Shown: positions 18,116 to 27,418, counted from the first letter of the stretch. The stretch is DNA of 64,000 nucleotides from Bacteroidales bacterium (GCA_021373135.1 JAJFTH010000003.1:898435-962434), one strand, 5' to 3'. Numbers and translations: made by a program. The notes: generated by a model from the sequence alone, not told the origin.

Positions 18116-19312
18116 ATGATGAAGTACAAAATTCTATTTTCTATTTTTATAGGCTTATCGTTCAGTTCTTTTGGGCAAAAACTCTATGAAATTCCAGCCA
18201 ACACCCAATCAAAAGTGATTAGCTTTGAAAATCCAACCGGCGAAATCAATCATGGAGGCAAAGAAAACAGGTCAGCCAAGGGACATCCGTTTGAAATTAT
18301 AAAATCCGGAGAAAAGCAGATTTTACTTAACCTCCAATCGTCCGGCATTATTCAAAGAATTTGGTGTACCTTGGATGAAAGAAGTCCGGAAATTTTGAGA
18401 GCAATACGAATTCAATTTTTTTGGGAGAACTCAGATGAACCGGCAGTAGACGTTCCATTAGGTGACTTTTTTGGAGTTGGTTTGGGAAAAATGGCCAGCT
18501 TTGAATCTTCATTATTTAGTAGTCCCGAAGGGCGTTCCTTTAATTGTTTGATACCCATGCCTTTTAAAAAGGCAGCCAAAATTATGATAATCAATGAAAG
18601 CACAAAAAACATTAAACTGTTTTATGAAATAGATTTAATTGAACAAGAACATTCAAATGAAATAAATTATTTCCACGCTTATTGGAGTCGTCAAATGACA
18701 TCTGAGTTGAAAAAAGACTTTGAAATTTTACCGGAGACTTTAGGGAAAGGACGTTTTTTAGGGGCTAATATAGGAGTCATTGCTGATTCTGCTTATTCCA
18801 ACACTTGGTGGGGCGAAGGTGAAGTGAAAATGTACATTGACGAGGACACTGATTTCCCAACGATCAACGGTACGGGTACCGAAGATTATATTGGCACGGG
18901 CTGGGGAATGAATACATACCACAATCAGTTCCAAGGCTGTTTGCTTTCCGACGGCAAGAAAGGTTGTTTCACTTTCTATCGTTATCACATTCCGGATGCC
19001 ATTTATTTCAAACAAAACATCAGAGTTCAAATTCAACAAATTGGTGGTGGAGAACTCAAAATTGTAAGGGATTTATTGAAGAAAAATGTGAAACTTGAGC
19101 CGATCACCATATCGGGTGAAAAAGGCTTTATCAAATTATATGAATGTACGCCGACAGTAAGTATCAATGATCCTAAATTTACAAAAGGGTGGGTTAATTT
19201 TTACAGGATTGACGATTATTCGGCAACTGCCTATTTCTATTTGGATAAGCCGATACATCATTTGCCAGCTTTGCCGAATGTGGAGTATAGAATTAAAGGA
19301 TTGTTGAAATAG
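18116..19312 (+). CDS. DUF2961 / glycoside hydrolase family 172-like protein
   Basis: Signal peptide. The block WWGEGEVKMYIDEDTDFPTINGTGTEDY plus FTFYRYHIPD is characteristic of DUF2961. Confidence 0.75.
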   Translation: MMKYKILFSIFIGLSFSSFGQKLYEIPANTQSKVISFENPTGEINHGGKENRSAKGHPFEIIKSGEKQILLNLQSSGIIQRIWCTLDERSPEILRAIRIQFFWENSDEPAVDVPLGDFFGVGLGKMASFESSLFSSPEGRSFNCLIPMPFKKAAKIMIINESTKNIKLFYEIDLIEQEHSNEINYFHAYWSRQMTSELKKDFEILPETLGKGRFLGANIGVIADSAYSNTWWGEGEVKMYIDEDTDFPTINGTGTEDYIGTGWGMNTYHNQFQGCLLSDGKKGCFTFYRYHIPDAIYFKQNIRVQIQQIGGGELKIVRDLLKKNVKLEPITISGEKGFIKLYECTPTVSINDPKFTKGWVNFYRIDDYSATAYFYLDKPIHHLPALPNVEYRIKGLLK

Positions 19313-19400
19313 AATAAGGGGAAATATATCATATTGCGTTAGGTGTATGCATGAAAGTTGATGACAAATCGAAGCAGAATACCGAACAAGTAATGATATA

Positions 19401-20396
19401 ATGCCTGTCCATAACGAAAGTCAATCTCAAAAAATGAATGCAAAAGATAGAAGCAGACGAGAATACATAGCGAGGATAAATAGGGTGATGGACTATATTG
19501 AGCAGCATTTGAATGAGCAAATAAGTCTTGATGTGGTTGCCCAAATTGCTTGTTTTTCACCTTTTCACTTTCATCGGATTTTCTCAAGTTTGACTGGTGA
19601 AACACTCAACACTTTTATACAACGAAAACGAATTGAAAAAGCAGCCCAACAACTTAAAAATAATGAAAATGTTTCTATAAGCGAAATTGCCTATGATTGC
19701 GGCTTTTGTAGCGTAGCCCACTTTAGCCGTACATTTCGTAAATACTTTGGATTGACTGCCAAAGAATTTCGGGAAACAGAAAAAGCAATTTTCGCGAAAG
19801 ACGGTTTGTATTATAGCAAGAATGGTCAATTGACTCGCAAGATCAATCAACTATGTCCAGATTTTAGGGTGCAACTTTGCAGTGATAGTTTAAATCAATT
19901 TAATCACTCAAATTTTATTATTATGGACACAAAAGTTGAAATTAAAGAAATGCCTGAAATGAACGTCGTTTATTTACGTCATACAGGCAAGTTTGACCAA
20001 ATCGGGAAAGTCTACGAGAAGTTGATGAAATGGGCAGGGCCACGGGGGCTATTGAATTTTCCGCAAACAAAAACGATTACAGTTTATCACGATGACCCTT
20101 CTGTAACTGCCATTGAAAAAGTTCGTCAGAGTGCTTGTATCACTGTTGAAAACGATGTGAAAGTTGATGGTGAGATTGGAAAAATGAAATTGGAAGGTGG
20201 AAAATACGCTGTCGGCCATTTTGAGATTGATGAGAAAGGATTTGAGAAAGCATGGAATACCATGTGCTTGTGGTTTACAGAAAGCGGCTACCAACCGGGA
20301 GAAGGCTATCCGTATGAGTTGTATTATAATTCGCCGGATGAAGATATTAAAAGAAGATTTGTCTTAGATATTTGTATTCCAGTGAAACGGTTGTAA
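19401..20396 (+). CDS. AraC-family transcriptional regulator with C-terminal GyrI-like effector-binding domain
   Basis: AraC HTH region ISEIAYDCGFCSVAHFSRTFRKYFGLTAKEFR. The GyrI-like half reads VEIKEMPEMNVVYLRHTGKFDQIGKVYEKLMKWA...YELYYNSP. The real start may be MNAKD at 19434. Confidence 0.8.
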   Translation: MPVHNESQSQKMNAKDRSRREYIARINRVMDYIEQHLNEQISLDVVAQIACFSPFHFHRIFSSLTGETLNTFIQRKRIEKAAQQLKNNENVSISEIAYDCGFCSVAHFSRTFRKYFGLTAKEFRETEKAIFAKDGLYYSKNGQLTRKINQLCPDFRVQLCSDSLNQFNHSNFIIMDTKVEIKEMPEMNVVYLRHTGKFDQIGKVYEKLMKWAGPRGLLNFPQTKTITVYHDDPSVTAIEKVRQSACITVENDVKVDGEIGKMKLEGGKYAVGHFEIDEKGFEKAWNTMCLWFTESGYQPGEGYPYELYYNSPDEDIKRRFVLDICIPVKRL

Positions 20397-20425
20397 TTTT
20401 TCATGCCTTACGGAGAAATTTAAAA

Positions 20426-20460
20426 ATAAGAGCGATTGAAAAATTTCCAATCGCTCTTAT
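20426..20460. terminator. 13-bp perfect hairpin after the AraC-family gene
   Basis: ATAAGAGCGATTG...CAATCGCTCTTAT. The T-run is on the minus-strand reading only, so this may be a bidirectional or structural element. Confidence 0.4.
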
Positions 20461-20524
20461 GAGCTATAAACATCACTAAAAACAAGCTCAAAAAAATTGA
20501 CATAACAAATTAACACAAGTTAGA

Positions 20525-21463
20525 ATGAAGGTATTTCCTATTTTATTCACTTTTGTCATATTTGTATTGACTACGAATATAAATGCTCAGACATATTCTT
20601 ATGACTTTATGACCGGATATGAAGGCTGGTCAGGCGATTTTGCAGACTATCCTGCAACCGATTCCATTTCCTTTGAGCTTGACCGTTACAGAACAACTTT
20701 GCCTGCACCTCTTGATACAAACAAATTCGCTTTGAAGGTTACCGGAAATAATCACAGTGATGATTTGTTTATGTTTATCAAACGAAAAATATCCGGATTA
20801 CTGCCTAATGCCACTTATAAACTTTTCATAAATGTCGAATTCGCTTCAAAAGCTCCTACCAATGCTGTTGGTGTTGGAGGAGCACCGGGAGAAGGTGTAA
20901 GAATGAAAGCAGGAGCAACCATCGTGGAGCCTCTGAAAATATTGGATTCAAAAGGTTACTATAGAATGAATATCAATAAGTCAAACCAGGTAAGCCCTGG
21001 AATGGATATGGATACCATTGGACATGTTGGTGTTTCCGATACAACAAAGGTTTTTACTTTGATAAACAGAAACAATGCAACTCATTTGTTTACTATAACA
21101 GCAGATGAAAAAGGTGAAGTATGGGTGTGTATTGGAACAGATTCAGGATTTGAGTCGACAACAACGCTTTATTACAATTTAATTACCCTAACATTCACAA
21201 GTGTTTTAGGATTAGAGGATTCTAATATGCCCAAAGGTATCATCGTATATCCTAATCCTGCAAAAGGGTTTATTAAAGTAAAAATCAATGAAATATCATT
21301 AGGTAAAAAGTTCACAATCTTAAACCAGGAAGGAAAAATGATATGGACCGGCAAATTGATGTACGAAACATCAACTATAAATATCCAGGAATTACCCAAT
21401 GGCATTTATTTCTTTCAAATCCAAGGGCAATATAAACAAGCTTTTAAAATAATGAAGAAATAA
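20525..21463 (+). CDS. T9SS type A sorting-domain (C-terminal domain) secreted protein, N-terminal domain unknown
   Basis: Signal peptide. The C-terminal 80 aa (IIVYPNPAKGFIKVKINE...LPNGIYFFQIQGQYKQAFKIMKK) match the Por-secretion tail pattern. Confidence 0.75.
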   Translation: MKVFPILFTFVIFVLTTNINAQTYSYDFMTGYEGWSGDFADYPATDSISFELDRYRTTLPAPLDTNKFALKVTGNNHSDDLFMFIKRKISGLLPNATYKLFINVEFASKAPTNAVGVGGAPGEGVRMKAGATIVEPLKILDSKGYYRMNINKSNQVSPGMDMDTIGHVGVSDTTKVFTLINRNNATHLFTITADEKGEVWVCIGTDSGFESTTTLYYNLITLTFTSVLGLEDSNMPKGIIVYPNPAKGFIKVKINEISLGKKFTILNQEGKMIWTGKLMYETSTINIQELPNGIYFFQIQGQYKQAFKIMKK

Positions 21464-21565
21464 AATCAGGTCATAACAGGACTTAAACAGTAGCCTTCAC
21501 AGGTATGTGGCTTATTTACCGTTATATTTCCTGCAAAGACATCACAAACAAACATTAATAATCTA

Positions 21566-22351
21566 ATGAACAAACAAGATCCCCCAAATATTGCCAACGT
21601 ATATTTTGAACTATTAAACCGGCAAAAATTTGCGGCAGAGGAATTAGATTATTCAATTCTTGATAAACACATACCTATGCTTCAAACCCTTGCTACGGTT
21701 GGCAATAGCGGTGTGAGTGTTTTTGATGTTTTCAAAAAAGAGCACGTTTTTTATTCACCAAATTTCGGCGTTTTACTTGGATACGATGCCAATCTTATCA
21801 AAGAGAAAGGGCCTGAATATTGGGATGAAAAAATTCATCCCGACGATTATGTTTCATTAATGCAGAATGGTATTTCAATATTTAAACTATACATTCAATT
21901 GTCGACTGAGGAAAAAGAAAAATACAAACTTATAAATGAGTACAGAATTTTGAATGCTGATAACAAATATGTTCGGGTGATTGAACAACACCAAACTTTA
22001 GCATTAGACACTTTTGGAAATTTGTGGTTGTCATTGAGTATCATTGACATTTCTCCTAATCAAGATTCCGATCAAGAGCTTAAATGTCAATTGGTCAATT
22101 TCAAGACAGGAGATATTTATCCTTTTGGAAACACAAAAAATAACCATGAAAGCATTGGCGTAGCTTTATCAAAAAGAGAACTTCAGATACTGAAAATGGT
22201 AAAGGCTGGACTTCTAAGCAAAGAAATTTCAGATAATCTGAATATTAGCTTTCACACCGTAAACACTCATCGTCAAAGAATTTTAGAAAAACTTGGGGCT
22301 AACAACTCTATGGAAGCTGTTGTCTATGCTTCTAAGTTGGGATTATTGTAA
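21566..22351 (+). CDS. PAS-like sensor / LuxR-family HTH one-component regulator
   Basis: The C-terminal LSKRELQILKMVKAGLLSKEISDNLNISFHTVNTHRQRILEKLG is a LuxR/GerE HTH. The N-terminal 180 aa are PAS-like (VFDVFKKEHVFYSPNF...IHPDD...EYRILNADNKYVRVIEQ). Confidence 0.8.
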   Translation: MNKQDPPNIANVYFELLNRQKFAAEELDYSILDKHIPMLQTLATVGNSGVSVFDVFKKEHVFYSPNFGVLLGYDANLIKEKGPEYWDEKIHPDDYVSLMQNGISIFKLYIQLSTEEKEKYKLINEYRILNADNKYVRVIEQHQTLALDTFGNLWLSLSIIDISPNQDSDQELKCQLVNFKTGDIYPFGNTKNNHESIGVALSKRELQILKMVKAGLLSKEISDNLNISFHTVNTHRQRILEKLGANNSMEAVVYASKLGLL

Positions 22352-22425
22352 TTACTTACTACTGATAAATCAGTATTGTATGGAGTTTGATTTAGAAAGA
22401 CTTTTGTTCATTCTAAATTAAAAAC

Positions 22426-24768
22426 ATGAATATGAGACGATTTTGTTCAGCTTTGATCATTGTATTGGTGATTTCTTTGAATTTATTTGCGCAACAACCC
22501 ACTCAAACCATCAGAGGAATTGTAATAGACAATTCATCCAATACACCATTACCTGATGTCAATGTCGTGCTCCCAAATACGAATTTCGGCACAATAACAG
22601 ATAGCTTAGGGACTTTTATACTTAAAAAGGTCACTGTTGGCAGGTACAACATACAATTTTCAATGATGGGATATGAGCCATTTGTTGTAAAAGAAATGCA
22701 AGTGTCATCGGGCAAAGAAGTTTTTTTGAACATCTCCATGAAAGAATGTGTCAATACTCTTGCAGAAGTAGTAGTCAAACCAAGAGTAAACAAAGAACAA
22801 CCGTTAAATACCACGGCTTCTGTAAGTGCAAAAATGTTAAGTGTAGAAGAAGCAAAACGCTATGCAGGAGGATATGATGATCCTGCAAGGTTAGTCTCTT
22901 CATTTGCAGGAGTATCCAGCAATGTGAGTAATAATGCAATTGTAGTTCGTGGTAATAGTCCACAGTCCTTGCAATGGAAAATGGAAGGTGTAGAAATACC
23001 CAACCCCAATCACTTTGCCGATTTAAGTACATTTGGTGGTGGTGCTATAACAGCTTTGAGCAGTCAGCTTTTGGCTAATTCTGATTTCTTTTTGGGGGCA
23101 ATGCCTGCTGAATACAACAATGCACTTTCCGGAGTATTTGATATTTTTATGCGTAATGGTAACAACCAAAAGGCGGAGCATACTTTTCAATTAGGGCTTT
23201 TGGGGATAGATGTTTCTTCGGAAGGACCCTTTAAAAAAGGCGGAAAGTCATCCTATTTATTCAATTACCGTTATTCAACTTTGGCGTTGCTTGAACCTAT
23301 ATTGCCCGAAAATGCCGGAGGAACAACCTATCAAGATCTTTCTTTTAAACTGAATTTTCCCACTAAAAAAGCCGGTACATTTTCCTTTTGGGGAATTGGA
23401 CTGATAGATGGTTCGGATGCAATAGCAAAAACTAAGCCCACTGATTGGATATACGATAGCGATAAAGAGACACTGGAAGTAAAACAATACATGGCTGCAA
23501 CCGGAATGAACCATAAAATCATTTTGACCAATAAACAATATTTAAAATCATCATTGGCTACAACCATTAATGGCATGAATTATTCGACGGAAAGAATAAA
23601 CAATGATTCAGAACTGGTCCCTAAAAATAAAATTAACAACAAAAATTACAGCTTTGTATTGTCCTCGTTTTTAAACACAAAATTCAATGCAAGACATACC
23701 AATAAAACAGGTTTCGTAGTTACCGGAATGAAATATGACTTATTATTTCAAAATGCTTTCCCAATGAGCAGTCCGTTACAAATCATTGCTGACGAAAACG
23801 GATTTAGCACATTGATGTCAGCATACAGTAATTCTACTTTAAACATTTCAAATAAATTCACCATGAATATGGGTGTAAACGGGCAATTCTTCACATTAAA
23901 CGAACATTACACCATTGAACCAAGGGTTGGAATCAAATATCAATTTACACCGACGCAAGCAATCAGTTTCGCGTATGGGTTGCATAGCCGTTTGGAGCGA
24001 TTGAACTACTATTTTACAAAAAACAGTACATACGGAAATGAATTAATCAACAAAAACCTTGATTTTACAAAATCACATCATTTGGTTTTGGGTTATGATC
24101 TATCTCTTTCAGAATGGATACATTTTAAAATTGAAACATATTTTCAGCATTTATTCAATGTACCGGTCATTGCTGACAGCTCTTTTTCAATGATTAACCA
24201 ACAAAATGATTGGTTTTTCAATGAAAAATTACAAAACACGGGTACAGGAAATAATTATGGAGTGGACATCACTTTTGAAAAATATTTGTCGGAGGGGTAT
24301 TACTACATGATAACGGGTTCAGTATTTAATTCGAAATACCAAGGTGGTGACAATATATGGAGAGACACTCGATACAACCGAAATTTTGCTTTCAATTTTC
24401 TCATTGGTAAAGAGTGGCAAATGGGCAACAACAAACAAAATGTTTTTGGCTTGAATGCAAGAATTTGTTATCAAGGAGGAGATCATTATTCACCAATTAA
24501 TGCAGCTGCATCGATAAGTTCGAAAGACGCAATTTTTGACGAGACAAGAGCCTTTTCAAAACAATTTTCACCAGCCTTTATAAGTCATTTAACGGCAAGT
24601 TATAAAATAAATAAAAAGAGATCGACACACGAAATCGCATTAAAAATCATTAATGCAACTAATTATAAAGAGTTTACAGGGTTTCAATATAATCACCAAA
24701 CCCAAAACATAGATGAACGAAGAGAAGCTCTCATGTTTCCAAATTTGAGTTATAAGATTGAGTTTTAG
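22426..24768 (+). CDS. TonB-dependent receptor (CarboxypepD_reg + plug + beta-barrel), no adjacent SusD
   Basis: Signal peptide. Carboxypeptidase-regulatory-like domain IRGIVIDNSSNTPLPDVNVVLPNTNFGTITDSLGTFILKKVTVGRYNIQFSMMGYE. Plug-like region (AIVVRGNSPQSLQWKMEGVEI). Long beta-rich barrel ending in the aromatic terminus ...LSYKIEF. Confidence 0.8.
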   Translation: MNMRRFCSALIIVLVISLNLFAQQPTQTIRGIVIDNSSNTPLPDVNVVLPNTNFGTITDSLGTFILKKVTVGRYNIQFSMMGYEPFVVKEMQVSSGKEVFLNISMKECVNTLAEVVVKPRVNKEQPLNTTASVSAKMLSVEEAKRYAGGYDDPARLVSSFAGVSSNVSNNAIVVRGNSPQSLQWKMEGVEIPNPNHFADLSTFGGGAITALSSQLLANSDFFLGAMPAEYNNALSGVFDIFMRNGNNQKAEHTFQLGLLGIDVSSEGPFKKGGKSSYLFNYRYSTLALLEPILPENAGGTTYQDLSFKLNFPTKKAGTFSFWGIGLIDGSDAIAKTKPTDWIYDSDKETLEVKQYMAATGMNHKIILTNKQYLKSSLATTINGMNYSTERINNDSELVPKNKINNKNYSFVLSSFLNTKFNARHTNKTGFVVTGMKYDLLFQNAFPMSSPLQIIADENGFSTLMSAYSNSTLNISNKFTMNMGVNGQFFTLNEHYTIEPRVGIKYQFTPTQAISFAYGLHSRLERLNYYFTKNSTYGNELINKNLDFTKSHHLVLGYDLSLSEWIHFKIETYFQHLFNVPVIADSSFSMINQQNDWFFNEKLQNTGTGNNYGVDITFEKYLSEGYYYMITGSVFNSKYQGGDNIWRDTRYNRNFAFNFLIGKEWQMGNNKQNVFGLNARICYQGGDHYSPINAAASISSKDAIFDETRAFSKQFSPAFISHLTASYKINKKRSTHEIALKIINATNYKEFTGFQYNHQTQNIDERREALMFPNLSYKIEF

Positions 24769-25049
24769 TTCTTCCATTAGCAAATGGAAAAACAGGGATC
24801 AAATTGAAAAATTGTGGAAAAGAGTCAAAAGTATGACATTTGTGATCTGCGGGAAATTGAACATCGCTCCATTTGTGCACGAAAGAAGCGGTGCCCATTT
24901 TGCCAATACTCCACAACTTTGTAACTTGATCCAAAAACAGGAGGGTATCACTACAAATATGGCTTATCATGAACCGGATGAAGCAGGGACATGGGCTTCC
25001 TTGGTTTATGATAAAATTAAATGAATCAACCGGCAATTTTTTCGTTTGA

Positions 25050-26459
25050 TCAGTCAAAATAGCTGGAGCCATCCCAACAATGCGTACACAGTTTCTTTTT
25101 TGGGAGACCGATTGCTTCAACGAGGTCATCCAGATTTTGGAACTTGAGTGTTGTCAAGTCTAGATTTTCCCTGATTTGATCGACCATAGCTTTATATTTC
25201 TCACTGTTGCTATCGGAGTATTCTTTCATATCGACGTCGTCTTTGCCTTCCAGTTGTTTCACGGCTTTTTTGGTAGCCAGTTCCATGCTTGAACGTGCCC
25301 GGCTGAAGTTCAAAAACTCACAAGGATAAGTAAGCGGCGGGCATGCAATACGCATATTGACCTCTTTGATGCCGGCATTGTGCAAGTCGCGGACATTGTC
25401 TTTTAATTGTGTCCCACGTACAATGGAGTCATCGAGGAAAATGCCGCTTTTTCCATTGATGATGGCTTTATTGGGAATCAATTTCATTTTGGCCACCAAT
25501 TCCCGGGTATCCTGACTTTGAGGCATGAAACTACGAGGCCATGTAGGTGTATATTTGGAATATGGACGTTTTAGGGGAATACTTGCCTTATTACTATATC
25601 CAATAGCATGTCCGATACCTGAATCGGGTATTCCGGCTACAAAGTCAGCTTTGACGTTGTCATTTTTTGCGAGAGCTGCTCCGCAACGATAACGGCATTC
25701 GTCAACGTTGATTCCTTCATAAAAGGAGGGGGGATAGCCATAATAAACCCAAAGGAATGAGCATATTTGCATCTTTTCATTGGGCTTGCGCAATTGTTCA
25801 TAGCCATTGGCTGTAATGCGGACAACTTCACCAGGTCCTATGAATTTTTCGATTTCATAATCAAGATTCGAAAAAGCGCAGGTCTCGAAAGTTACGCTGT
25901 AGGCGTTTTTCTTTTTGCCTAAAATGATGGGGGTGCGTCCCAGTTTGTCACGGGCTGCAAAAATTCCGTCATTAGTCAGTATCAGCATGGAGCAGGAACC
26001 TTTTACCCTGTCATATACATTTTGAATACCTGACAGGAAATCTTTTCCTTCGGCAATCAGCATTGCTACCAATTCTGTGGGGTTGACTGCTCCAAGACTG
26101 GTTTCGGAAAATGTATGGCGTTTTTCCAGAAAATAAGCTTCCAGTTCATCATAGTTGATGATCTTGCAGACTGTTGCCACGGCATAACGTCCCAAATGTG
26201 AGTTCACAATAATTGGTTGTGGTTCCGTGTCACTGATAACGCCAATTCCGCTTGTGCCTGTAAAGTTCTTGATGTCGTTCTCAAACTTGTTTCTGAAATA
26301 GCCATCTTCGAGGCTATGGATAGCCCGTTGAAATCCTTTTTCTTTTGAAAAAAAGGCAAGACCAGCCCTTTTTGTTCCCAAATGGGAATGATAATCAGTG
26401 CCGTAAAAGACATCTTTTACACAATCACTTTTGGAAATGCTGCCAAAAAAACCACTCAT
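25050..26459 (-). CDS. amidophosphoribosyltransferase-family protein (PurF-like; N-terminal nucleophile Cys replaced by Ser)
   Basis: 469 aa. PRPP-binding loop IFLDDSIVRGTQL and a PurF-like C-terminal Cys pattern (CPPLTYPCEF...CTHCWDG). The N-terminus MSGFFGS aligns with the canonical MCGIVGI. Confidence 0.7.
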   Translation of the reverse strand: MSGFFGSISKSDCVKDVFYGTDYHSHLGTKRAGLAFFSKEKGFQRAIHSLEDGYFRNKFENDIKNFTGTSGIGVISDTEPQPIIVNSHLGRYAVATVCKIINYDELEAYFLEKRHTFSETSLGAVNPTELVAMLIAEGKDFLSGIQNVYDRVKGSCSMLILTNDGIFAARDKLGRTPIILGKKKNAYSVTFETCAFSNLDYEIEKFIGPGEVVRITANGYEQLRKPNEKMQICSFLWVYYGYPPSFYEGINVDECRYRCGAALAKNDNVKADFVAGIPDSGIGHAIGYSNKASIPLKRPYSKYTPTWPRSFMPQSQDTRELVAKMKLIPNKAIINGKSGIFLDDSIVRGTQLKDNVRDLHNAGIKEVNMRIACPPLTYPCEFLNFSRARSSMELATKKAVKQLEGKDDVDMKEYSDSNSEKYKAMVDQIRENLDLTTLKFQNLDDLVEAIGLPKKKLCTHCWDGSSYFD

Positions 26460-26621
26460 TGATATTTGAATTTAATGATTTAAGATGAAAGTGCTAAAAT
26501 ACCTCAAAATAGTGTAAAAACAAGAACGTTATTCTATAAAAGATGCACAAAAATAAAATTAAACGGTTTTAAAAATGAAAAGGTCTATTTGCTATTTTAC
26601 TTTCCAAATAGGGCATCTTTT

Positions 26622-27365
26622 TTATAAAATCTTTGTAGAGGTGATGGCTTTGTAAACTTCCGGCCAAGCCTCACTTAAGGCAGGCATTCCATGGAATAGG
26701 AGATCAGCACCTGCATCCAGTAGATAGTGATCGGCCAGTTTTCCTGTGTTTACAGCAATAGTGAAGATGCCGGCAGCTTTTGATGCTTGAACGCCAAGAG
26801 GGGCATTCTCAACGACAATGGCATTGAAGGCTTTGATACCGGCTTTGCACAAACCTTGAAGGTAGGGTTCCGGATCAGGTTTTCCTTTGGTTACATCGTA
26901 TGCAGTAACCATTTTTGATTTGGTGAAATGTCCGGGGAAATGGTGGTTAAGTTTGGAGAGCAGGGCTTCTTGTCCTGAACCGGTGACAATGATGCGATCA
27001 AGTCCGTTTTTACGAACTTTGTTCAGTAATTCCAACGAACCTGGCATGACTGGTGCTTTTGGGCTCATGTCGAACAAATCGGATTTCTTCTTGTAGAGGT
27101 TTTCAATTTCTTCAGGCGTGGCATTGCGGCCAAGTTCCCTGTTGAATATGATATTGATGGTGTCGCTGCCGGTGCGTCCTTCGTGAATATAGCATTCTTT
27201 TTCTGAAAATGTCAGGCCTTCTTGCTGGAGTGTCTTTGTCCAGGCTTTGGCATGAGTGGGCATGGAATCGAATAAAACCCCATCCATGTCAAACAGGACG
27301 GCTTTCAGATCAATTTTTGAATAATTGTTTGTAGAAAGATATGATAAAATGGCTTCTTGATACAT
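26622..27365 (-). CDS. HAD-IA family hydrolase (beta-phosphoglucomutase-like phosphatase)
   Basis: Motif I LFDMDGVLFDS, motif II VTGSG, and motif III/IV KGKPDPEPY...VVENAPLGVQASKAAG. Confidence 0.75.
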   Translation of the reverse strand: MYQEAILSYLSTNNYSKIDLKAVLFDMDGVLFDSMPTHAKAWTKTLQQEGLTFSEKECYIHEGRTGSDTINIIFNRELGRNATPEEIENLYKKKSDLFDMSPKAPVMPGSLELLNKVRKNGLDRIIVTGSGQEALLSKLNHHFPGHFTKSKMVTAYDVTKGKPDPEPYLQGLCKAGIKAFNAIVVENAPLGVQASKAAGIFTIAVNTGKLADHYLLDAGADLLFHGMPALSEAWPEVYKAITSTKIL

Positions 27366-27418
27366 TAAACGGGATATTATAAGAATCCCTCTGTTCCAAA
27401 AACAGAGGGATTTATTTT

